A stretch of 54,836 nucleotides of DNA from a virus. Its lineage: Duplodnaviria; Caudoviricetes. Positions 16,787-24,312 of this stretch are shown here, piece by piece (position 1 is the stretch's first letter; the number at the start of each line of letters is the position of its first letter). The stretch is from the IMG/VR virus record IMGVR_UViG_3300033747_000027, positions 1-54,836 of that record; one strand, 5' to 3'. The position numbers and the translations under genes were made by a program. The notes beneath the pieces were generated by a model. The model did no database searches and was not told where the DNA came from. It saw only the letters and a program-made list of their open reading frames with translations.

Positions 16787-17599
16787 ATGAATAAATTTTT
16801 ACAGAAATATGAAATGGAGTTACGGCTTCGAAATTACAGTCAAAACACGATTAACAGCTACATGAGCGAGGCTAAACTGTTTTTGAGGCATTTCAACCAT
16901 CCGCCTGGAGAAATATCCGAAACGGAAATCAAGAAATACCTGAAAGCTTCTAAGTCAACCTCGCAATTAAAACAGCGAATCGGAGCGCTTAAACGCTTCT
17001 ATCAGTTAGTCGTTAAACAACCTCTAAAGTTTAAGTACATCGACTATCCGCGTAGGGAGGAGCATTTGCCGGTTGTACTTTCACAGGATGAAGTAAGGCG
17101 GCTGTTTACCGTTTGTAAATACCCAAAGCACAGGGCAATTTTGTTTCTATTTTACTCAACGGGGATGCGCGAAGGAGAGCTGATCAATCTGAAGATCACC
17201 GACATTGACAGCGACCGGATGGTGATTCACATCCGGCAAGGCAAAGGCAATAAAGACCGACTGGTACCGCTTTCCGAAAAGACGCTCGACGCGCTTCGGA
17301 AATACTACAAAAAGGACTGTCCGACCAACTATTTATTTAACGGGCAATTCCGGGATCAATACTCCGCCACCTCAATTTACAATATGGTGAAAGACTATGC
17401 CCGCAAAGCAGGCATAAAAAAGCGCGTTTACCCGCACCTGATACGCCACTGCGCCGGCACACACCTTTACGAAGAGGGCACGGATATGTCGAAAATTCAG
17501 GAAATTTTTGGACATAAGCAACAAAAGACAACCAGGCGTTACGCCCGCATGTCCACTCGCATGATTTCTCAAGTTAAGACACCAGATTCATATTTATAA
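16787..17599 (+). CDS. Tyrosine recombinase, integron-integrase-like (SAM_4-type N-terminus)
   Basis: LRLRNYSQNTINSY, LPVVLSQDEV, GMR, GKGNKDR, HLIRH, FGH and TTRRY: full catalytic set R-K-H-R-H-Y. Confidence 0.9.
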   Translation: MNKFLQKYEMELRLRNYSQNTINSYMSEAKLFLRHFNHPPGEISETEIKKYLKASKSTSQLKQRIGALKRFYQLVVKQPLKFKYIDYPRREEHLPVVLSQDEVRRLFTVCKYPKHRAILFLFYSTGMREGELINLKITDIDSDRMVIHIRQGKGNKDRLVPLSEKTLDALRKYYKKDCPTNYLFNGQFRDQYSATSIYNMVKDYARKAGIKKRVYPHLIRHCAGTHLYEEGTDMSKIQEIFGHKQQKTTRRYARMSTRMISQVKTPDSYL

Positions 17600-17627
17600 A
17601 AACCCCGGATCAACACGTGATCCGGGG
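17598..17627 (-). terminator. Intrinsic terminator where the two arms converge
   Basis: CCCCGGATCA/TGATCCGGGG 10-bp stem with a T-tract on the - strand. Confidence 0.8.
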
Positions 17628-17649
17628 CAACTAACCTTAATCCATAAAA

Positions 17650-18063
17650 CTAAACTGAAGTATCTGACCTAATCCTAATCTGGCCGACTAATTCTTTATT
17701 TTTTGGTAATAAATTCACTTCTTTTGTTCGGAATCTATGCCTATCATACTTCCGATTTTGACAATGAACATAGGCGCTTTCTGTAGTATTCATCACTCCA
17801 ACTCTATTAAAGTATAATGGCTGTTCTGCAACCGCTGATTGCGTATGAACTCCACCTCCTTCCTTTTGAATGAATTGCGGTTCAACACAACTAACTACTA
17901 CATACTGTACATCTACAGCCTGAATGGCAGCAAATGACAATGTTGGTCCATTGTCGGCTACAAAGCATACCTGATCGGCAGCTGTAGCCTGAACCTGGCT
18001 CCCGGGCGGCATGGCCACGAGTAACCCAATCGCGAGAGCAAATAATGCTAGAAAAATTTTCAT
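17650..18063 (-). CDS. Hypothetical exported protein
   Basis: Signal peptide MKIFLALFALAIGLLVA. Confidence 0.6.
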   Translation of the reverse strand: MKIFLALFALAIGLLVAMPPGSQVQATAADQVCFVADNGPTLSFAAIQAVDVQYVVVSCVEPQFIQKEGGGVHTQSAVAEQPLYFNRVGVMNTTESAYVHCQNRKYDRHRFRTKEVNLLPKNKELVGQIRIRSDTSV

Positions 18064-18105
18064 TTGATTGAATTTAAGTTAAACATATATACAACAGGCA
18101 AAAGC

Positions 18106-18666
18106 CTATCTCTTCAATATTAATTTCAGGATATTAATTATTGGGCTCCTGAATCGATAAACAAAGGCCAGCACAACTAACAGGATAAGAATATAAAAGA
18201 CATATTTTATCCTTGATGGTCTGGTCTTCTCAATTTCCTTTTTATCGGTATCAGCAGTTTCCTTTATATCTTCATGAACCTGCTTTTCTTCCGTTTTTTC
18301 TACCTTAATTTCTGCCTTGCTTTCGGACTTCTTTCGAACGGTATAGGTTTCAATAGATTTGATATTGCCAGATTTCCGGGATGATTTTGGAGTACTTGAA
18401 ATTTCTAATGAATCTGATTTGATACCTGTCATGGTTGAGTCATATTCATTAGAAATTGGGGCGAAATACTCGATCTTAGTATATGTGATCTCTGTGTCTG
18501 AAGTCTTGGAAGTATCGATTGTGATAGCTGACTTCACAGCGCTTACCTCTTCGTGCTCAATCCACTTTTTTGTAGTTGTCTGCTCCGTTGTGATCTTCTT
18601 AGTTGAAGAACATGAGAATGAAAATACGACCAATACCAGGCTCAGGAATTTTAAAAATGGTTTCAT
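18106..18666 (-). CDS. Putative unimolecular spanin (lipoprotein with C-terminal TM helix)
   Basis: Lipobox FSFSC, polar linker, C-terminal YVFYILILLVVLAFVY; downstream of the endolysin. Confidence 0.7.
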   Translation of the reverse strand: MKPFLKFLSLVLVVFSFSCSSTKKITTEQTTTKKWIEHEEVSAVKSAITIDTSKTSDTEITYTKIEYFAPISNEYDSTMTGIKSDSLEISSTPKSSRKSGNIKSIETYTVRKKSESKAEIKVEKTEEKQVHEDIKETADTDKKEIEKTRPSRIKYVFYILILLVVLAFVYRFRSPIINILKLILKR

Positions 18667-18667
18667 A

Positions 18668-18874
18668 TTATGGTTTCTGTATGTCTTTGTTTAATACTTT
18701 GTCGATCAATTCCCGGGCTGCATCCTCCTTAAACCAAATGAGCACCATTGCTGCAAATGACATAAGTAGAAAATCCCAGGCGCAAAATGTTTCTTTTACA
18801 TAGACCAGGTATGCTGCATAAGGAATGATGATCAATCCCATCAATGTTGTCGTTAGGTTGACGATGGCTTTCAT
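18668..18874 (-). CDS. Two-TM membrane protein (holin/antiholin-like)
   Basis: Two hydrophobic helices and a charged tail; within the lysis cassette. Confidence 0.55.
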   Translation of the reverse strand: MKAIVNLTTTLMGLIIIPYAAYLVYVKETFCAWDFLLMSFAAMVLIWFKEDAARELIDKVLNKDIQKP

Positions 18875-18960
18875 GCATAAATCTTAACTGCATATCCTGA
18901 CCATTTCCAACCTGATAATATAATTAAGCCAATACAAATGATAGATGTGATTGTGATCAT
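18871..18960 (-). CDS. 29-aa single-TM peptide
   Basis: Hand-translated MITITSIICIGLIILSGWKWSGYAVKIYA; ATGA-coupled at both ends. Confidence 0.5.
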   Translation of the reverse strand: MITITSIICIGLIILSGWKWSGYAVKIYA

Positions 18961-19361
18961 GACAATTCATTTTGAACATTGAAGCAGGGGCAGGCTTTTT
19001 GTTTATTTAGTTGGTTGTGGCCAACTACTGCAGCAGACGGGTAGCGTTCGCGAAGCTCGGCAACTAGGCTAATGATAGCTGCTTTCTGTTCTATTGTTCG
19101 GTTATCTTCAGGGGTATTATTGTCTCCCTTGCCTCCAGCATAGCAGATACCAATTGAAGTATCATTGTGCCCGTACGCATGAGCTCCAATTACCGTTTCC
19201 GGACGACCCTTTTCAATGATTCCATTTCTACGAATCACGTAGTGATATCCGATGCCATCCCATCCACGTTGTTTGTGCCATTCATCAATTTCCCTTACTC
19301 CAATATCCATCCGAGAATAGGTATCGGCGCAATGAATAACGATTAATTCAATCTTCCTCAT
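18957..19361 (-). CDS. Endolysin, N-acetylmuramoyl-L-alanine amidase (T7-lysozyme-like Amidase_2)
   Basis: IVIHCA, GIGYHYVI, GAHAYGHN, SIGICYAGG, GH...KACPCF. Confidence 0.93.
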   Translation of the reverse strand: MRKIELIVIHCADTYSRMDIGVREIDEWHKQRGWDGIGYHYVIRRNGIIEKGRPETVIGAHAYGHNDTSIGICYAGGKGDNNTPEDNRTIEQKAAIISLVAELRERYPSAAVVGHNQLNKQKACPCFNVQNELS

Positions 19362-19533
19362 TTCGTTTGTTTTTGTGAAATCTTGCATAAATTCGGTTGT
19401 GCAAGGCCTTCCCGGCTGCGGCTAATAATCCACCGAAAAAGGCGATTAGTAAGCTGACGAAAATATTTTCCCACGTTTCCCAGCTAGCTATTGAGAGGAC
19501 AAATCCAATTACGAATTCTTTAGCGTGTTGCAT
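19348..19533 (-). CDS. Holin-like membrane protein
   Basis: Hydrophobic helices and a basic C-tail, directly upstream of the amidase. Confidence 0.6.
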   Translation of the reverse strand: MQHAKEFVIGFVLSIASWETWENIFVSLLIAFFGGLLAAAGKALHNRIYARFHKNKRNEED

Positions 19534-19547
19534 ATTGGTTTTCTGTT

Positions 19548-19583
19548 AAAAAAAAACTGGTGCAATCACTCGGACTGCACCAG
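19548..19583 (-). terminator. Intrinsic terminator in the lysis-cassette leader
   Basis: On the - strand: CTGGTGCAGTC-CGAGT-GATTGCACCAG-T9. Confidence 0.75.
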
Positions 19584-19711
19584 CTAAAAATCAAATCATT
19601 CTCAAATTACAGTCTCTGAATTAAAATATAGGAAGACTGAAATATTTACTACTTATTGTAATTGCAAACATTAGCCGGGGGCTTCTTTCATCCCCACGGC
19701 TAATAAAAAAA

Positions 19712-20176
19712 TCAGTCTATCGTAAACGTCAAACTTCCTGCTGAAATTCGAAAAGTCTTTCCTGCGACCATCGTTATCGTTTGGCTAAGTTGACAGTGCG
19801 AAATGCGTTTGCTTTCAGTACTCGAACTGTTATCAAGCCATAATTCGGCAAACTTTACGTCTTCAGATCCACCATAACCTGCATCAGCGACTACCTCAAT
19901 GTTGTTTGCATTTGAAACAACATTGGTGGTAACGTCTAGGTCGTTCCCTGATCCGCGAGCCAAGGCAATCCCTCCCGACGTATATCCAGTAAATGCGCAC
20001 TCGGTGCCAATTGTATCATCGTCGACTACGACCGCATCGGTGCAAAGTCGCAGGTATAAATTGCCTTCCGCTGCGGATGGTTGCAACCCGCTTGCATCTC
20101 CAAATCCTGCTATTGCCTCATTGTGTGCCAATAGCTTTGCCAATTCGTTTTTAAATGTTGTGGATAGTTGTGTCAT
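19712..20176 (-). CDS. Tail-associated structural protein
   Basis: Beta-rich, ends FRISAGSLTFTID; follows the tail tip gene. Confidence 0.6.
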   Translation of the reverse strand: MTQLSTTFKNELAKLLAHNEAIAGFGDASGLQPSAAEGNLYLRLCTDAVVVDDDTIGTECAFTGYTSGGIALARGSGNDLDVTTNVVSNANNIEVVADAGYGGSEDVKFAELWLDNSSSTESKRISHCQLSQTITMVAGKTFRISAGSLTFTID

Positions 20177-20189
20177 AATTTATAAAATT

Positions 20190-23100
20190 TTACCAGCATT
20201 TTCCTTCATTATAGTCGCATACAGCTTCTTCGTCGTTTATTGCATGATCGTATATCTTCAAGTCGTCAATGTAGAATTCCTGAAAATCATGGTATGCCCC
20301 AGAATAATATCTGCAACCAATATTTAAAAATTTAGCCCATGCATTAGCCTGAAAAGAAGATGAATAATCATAAACTAAAAGATAACTGTCAACAAATTTA
20401 GCCCCATTTCTGTACGCTGAAACATAGATAGTTGATTTATCAACTCCATTGTCAACTCTTGTATATGTAGCTGCAATTCTATGCCATGTGTCAAAATTAA
20501 ATGGATCAGAATATACAGATGCTCCATACGTGCCAGTGCCAACTCCAAGGTCAAAATCGCCAGCACCACCAGGAGGAGTTATTGTTATAACAGGGCCATA
20601 CTCAACCGGATAGCCATCATGGTGAACTCCAAAAATGTATTTAAATTCTGCAAGTGACGCACCACTTGGTATCATTACCCAAAATGCTATCGTAAATTCA
20701 TCTCCGGCAAAAGTGTCAAATGGCAACTGTGCCCGTGCGTTCGAGCCATTGAAGTAGTATGAATAACTGCAATCCGCTACTGATGCTTGCTCTTTTGTTA
20801 CATTTATTTCTGTGCCGTTATTTGAATTTTCTTCAACCAGAGAGCCGGAAATATTATCATCCATCTTAAACCAACGATCAAGCGAGTTAAGCATTGAAAC
20901 AAAATCACAGCTCTCCACCTCCTCCGCTTCTGCACCCATTCCAACACCGATACCCATAACTGCGAAGGTATCTTCAACGAGCGTACCCGCAGCACTCATG
21001 TCGACGCCTAATCCCATTTGCCCAGTTGTTGCCTCTGCACGTTGAGCCAACACACATCTTTCAAAGCAAAAGTGAATGCGCTTAGCATCAGAGGCGGTTT
21101 CTACGGTCGCATATAGTCTTTTACTGGCATCGATGCCAAGTACAAGCGTTGTGATTGCCTCGGTGATAATGTCGTTTTGAATGCTTAGCTCAGCTGCGGG
21201 GTCGGTGTAGTCGAAAGAAAGTACAGACATGACCGTGTGCATCGTGTCGTCATCTTTATCTCGCACGGTGACGGTTGCCTTGTATTCGCCCATCAGCTCG
21301 TTATAGGCAATTACCGACCAGCTAGATAGCTGTGTCTCTGCGGCATTTGTGGTGTGCTCGATTATAAAGCTCTCTTTGTAACCACCCTTACTATTATTAA
21401 TTAGGTTCGTGATCGCCTCAATGATCGTAGTGTTATTTTCAACCTGATCAACGATTTCCTTTTGCACCTGAGACATCGAAGGTGTTCGGGTATTACCCCA
21501 AAGCATCGCCGCATAGCGGGGTGAGGCTTTGTCGCTGATATGCCCTAGCTTATATTTGATGTACCCGGTTTCAACCTGGAGTTTTACCTCTTTGTGATCT
21601 TCATACACTTCAAGAGTGCACTCGCTCGAACCATCGGCCATGTTCAATTTGGCGTAAATCCAGTATCCTGAGGCTGTTGGTAGGTTGAACTCTGTTTGTT
21701 CAATTACCCACGTTCGGGTTGGGTCGTAATCGATCAGCTGATCCTTTAGCTTTTTAATACCAAAACGGTCGCGTGTATTATCAGCATAATTGTGCATGAC
21801 CAGGTGGCCTGCGCCCACCACTACCTTATCTGGGTCATCGTCCACGTTTGTCTCAACAAGTGCATTTCTTAAAGAGAACTGAGGCACTCCGGCATCGTAG
21901 GAAAGCATGCGCGGATCAATACTCTCATCACGCACATTGCGATCTGCATTAAACTTATCGTCGGTTGGGTCAAGCAGGCGGTTGCGAAGTTCGTTGGTGG
22001 TTTCTTTTTCCTTCCGCATGCTCTCAACGGTGTCCTTTTTCGTGTCAGCCACAGCGCGCTCAACAGCTGCCAGTCGTGCCTCTGTTTTCTTTCGGTTCGA
22101 TAAGATCACAACATCCGACAAGGTAAACTCATACCGCTGTTTGTATACGTCGTACACCAGCGCACTGATCCGAAACAAGCCACTAATATTGTAATCTGTA
22201 TCGACAACCGTAAGTCGGTCGCCTACTTCGAAGCCTGTCGGGTTGGCTTTCAGGTATGCCGGATCGGTAACCACCCGATATGGAAACTTGGGCGACGAAA
22301 ACTCATTGATGTAATCGGTCGCTGCGGCCTCCAGTGCGGTTTCAGCTGTGGTAACATATGTACCGGGCTGGTCGATATCAACAAGCGTGTACTCGTCTCC
22401 AATGGCAGGCTGAAAGGTGTCGTTTGGCCACAATCTGCCACGCTCATCCTTGTAAGGTATCAGGTAAATCTGCTTTGTGTCGTCGTAATATCGGGCTATT
22501 TCAAGTTCAACACCCGCCAAGTCGCCTGTCTTTATTCTTATTTTAGCCGTCAGACCGCCCATAAGGTAGTCGTTTAGGTCAAAGTCGAGTGTTGAGTCGG
22601 TTATGATGTATAAGCCTTCGGGGGTCGATGCTTTTTCAGCAACGCTTAGCTCATCTGGCAATTTCTGGTAGTAGTCGGTAACGGTAGCTGTGCGGTTTGG
22701 GTAAATCTCGTCGAAGTACACGGTCTTTTCGCGCACTCCCCACTCGCCATCAGCGTATGTGAAACCATAATTTTTAGTTAGTGGGTTGTTGGTAAACGAA
22801 AGGCGTTTCAATCCACCACGATAGTCGGGTTTTAAGTTACGAGCTGCTCCATAGGCATGGAGCACGGTACACAACTCATCCTTGAGCATGGCACCCCTTG
22901 TAATTTCGTACAGGCCATTGCCTTTGCCATATTGCAAGGTAATTGCCTTGTCGTTTGCTACCTGGTCTTTGATGTTGATATCGAACAAGAAAATCAGCCC
23001 ATCGTGAAACTGAAATTCGTATTCCAGCTCGTATTCTTGACAGATACGGCGTAATACACTCAGGCAGTTCTCGCCTGAAAACTTATGATTTCTCCTTTCT

Positions 23101-23933
23101 GTTGCCGCGATCGAACCTTTAAAAAAAGTCTGCCCCGGGTACTTGCGGTTATGATTCCACAGTATTAAATCAAAAATCTCCTCTAAATTGGCGAAATAAT
23201 AAAAGTCGGCCTCTTTATTCAGATTTAAAAACTGAGAGTGGGAAAACCAATTACTGATGTGCTCGGCGCGAATATTATAAACATACTTATTGGTCGACAC
23301 TTTCTTGAACTCAGGCTCGGTCTCCAGATAATAACGCTCAATGCCTACTCCGTTTGAGTTGATATCTATCTCATCAAAAAATTGAATGTCGAGCTTCTTG
23401 TTAGACTCAAAACTAAAAGTGGCGTAGAAGTCGCCTTGCAGGGTTTTACTGATTTTTAAATCCCGCGTTAGCACCGTTGCAATGGTGTTGTAGGTGTAGT
23501 ATCGGTTGATATTTAGGCTTAGAAAGTCTGGATCGCCCGGAACTGTAAGAGTTAGAATAAACACCCCCGCTTGCTTGCTCCCAATGTACCTTGTTTTACG
23601 ATCAAGACTGATTCCTTTTTCTAGATAACATTCAATGTTTGAAGTTGTATAAGGAGTTGAAAGCAACCTCTTGTTCTCTGACATCAACGCGTCATAGAAA
23701 GATTTTATCTGGGTGATAAAGCCGGCATAAGTATCGTTAAGAATGAAGCAGTTGAGATTTATAATTTGTTTATCATACTTCTGATCCGTAATGTCATGCC
23801 AATAATCTTCTCCATCTTCGTCCAACCACTTGTTTGGTTCATTTAGAACTCTAGGAAGATCAAATAAACCTGAGGCCTTTGATACATAAACGCCGTAAGT
23901 AGAAAAATCAATATTATCTAGTTTCCAACTCAT
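20190..23933 (-). CDS. Multidomain tail tip/receptor-binding protein (Dit-like N-terminus, Tal-like core, C-terminal LamG/ConA lectin)
   Basis: YGKGNGLY...GAARNL...FDEIYP Tal-like motifs; C-terminal FTIAFWV...WHRIAATY...IDDLKIYDHAI. Confidence 0.8.
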   Translation of the reverse strand: MSWKLDNIDFSTYGVYVSKASGLFDLPRVLNEPNKWLDEDGEDYWHDITDQKYDKQIINLNCFILNDTYAGFITQIKSFYDALMSENKRLLSTPYTTSNIECYLEKGISLDRKTRYIGSKQAGVFILTLTVPGDPDFLSLNINRYYTYNTIATVLTRDLKISKTLQGDFYATFSFESNKKLDIQFFDEIDINSNGVGIERYYLETEPEFKKVSTNKYVYNIRAEHISNWFSHSQFLNLNKEADFYYFANLEEIFDLILWNHNRKYPGQTFFKGSIAATERRNHKFSGENCLSVLRRICQEYELEYEFQFHDGLIFLFDINIKDQVANDKAITLQYGKGNGLYEITRGAMLKDELCTVLHAYGAARNLKPDYRGGLKRLSFTNNPLTKNYGFTYADGEWGVREKTVYFDEIYPNRTATVTDYYQKLPDELSVAEKASTPEGLYIITDSTLDFDLNDYLMGGLTAKIRIKTGDLAGVELEIARYYDDTKQIYLIPYKDERGRLWPNDTFQPAIGDEYTLVDIDQPGTYVTTAETALEAAATDYINEFSSPKFPYRVVTDPAYLKANPTGFEVGDRLTVVDTDYNISGLFRISALVYDVYKQRYEFTLSDVVILSNRKKTEARLAAVERAVADTKKDTVESMRKEKETTNELRNRLLDPTDDKFNADRNVRDESIDPRMLSYDAGVPQFSLRNALVETNVDDDPDKVVVGAGHLVMHNYADNTRDRFGIKKLKDQLIDYDPTRTWVIEQTEFNLPTASGYWIYAKLNMADGSSECTLEVYEDHKEVKLQVETGYIKYKLGHISDKASPRYAAMLWGNTRTPSMSQVQKEIVDQVENNTTIIEAITNLINNSKGGYKESFIIEHTTNAAETQLSSWSVIAYNELMGEYKATVTVRDKDDDTMHTVMSVLSFDYTDPAAELSIQNDIITEAITTLVLGIDASKRLYATVETASDAKRIHFCFERCVLAQRAEATTGQMGLGVDMSAAGTLVEDTFAVMGIGVGMGAEAEEVESCDFVSMLNSLDRWFKMDDNISGSLVEENSNNGTEINVTKEQASVADCSYSYYFNGSNARAQLPFDTFAGDEFTIAFWVMIPSGASLAEFKYIFGVHHDGYPVEYGPVITITPPGGAGDFDLGVGTGTYGASVYSDPFNFDTWHRIAATYTRVDNGVDKSTIYVSAYRNGAKFVDSYLLVYDYSSSFQANAWAKFLNIGCRYYSGAYHDFQEFYIDDLKIYDHAINDEEAVCDYNEGKCW

Positions 23934-23934
23934 C

Positions 23935-24312
23935 TCAACTTGCTACCCATTTAGAATTTGCAACTGTTATTTTCATCGTTATTTCTGCAACTGTTCGGAT
24001 TACTTGAACTTTATACCCATCCTTGAAAGTTGCCTCGCTAAAAGCTGGCAAATTATACTCATCAAGCTCAATAGTGTGTTTCACACTGCTATTTATCAAT
24101 GCTTGTAGGTTATTCAGCCCAATCTCAAGCTCTGCAGGAGTTGCCCAATCTCCAAAGAGCACAATTGTTCCTTTAGCGGAGTCGTATTTAGCATCATTAG
24201 TAGTAAACTTTTGTACATCAAGTATGTCCTTCCGTTTTGGAAAATCTAAAAAACCCGTTGCTTTCAAGAGGATAAGACCATACACATTGATATTTACGCC
24301 GTCTATAATCAT
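23935..24312 (-). CDS. Distal tail protein-like
   Basis: Follows the tape measure gene; IDGVNINVYG start resembles the N-terminus of the next gene. Confidence 0.6.
   Translation of the reverse strand: MIIDGVNINVYGLILLKATGFLDFPKRKDILDVQKFTTNDAKYDSAKGTIVLFGDWATPAELEIGLNNLQALINSSVKHTIELDEYNLPAFSEATFKDGYKVQVIRTVAEITMKITVANSKWVAS

Larger units (their letters stand above)
15425..17599. mobile_element. Integron-like element: IntI-like recombinase, attI-like site and two gene cassettes
   Basis: Alternating TAAC/GTTA cores at 15445, 15711, 15891, 16640 and 16733 with paired inverted arms, directly upstream of a tyrosine recombinase. Confidence 0.75.

Noticed and set aside
20190-20800. Diversity-generating retroelement targeting the tail lectin
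   Set aside because: No reverse transcriptase ORF and no TR/VR repeat pair seen in the window.
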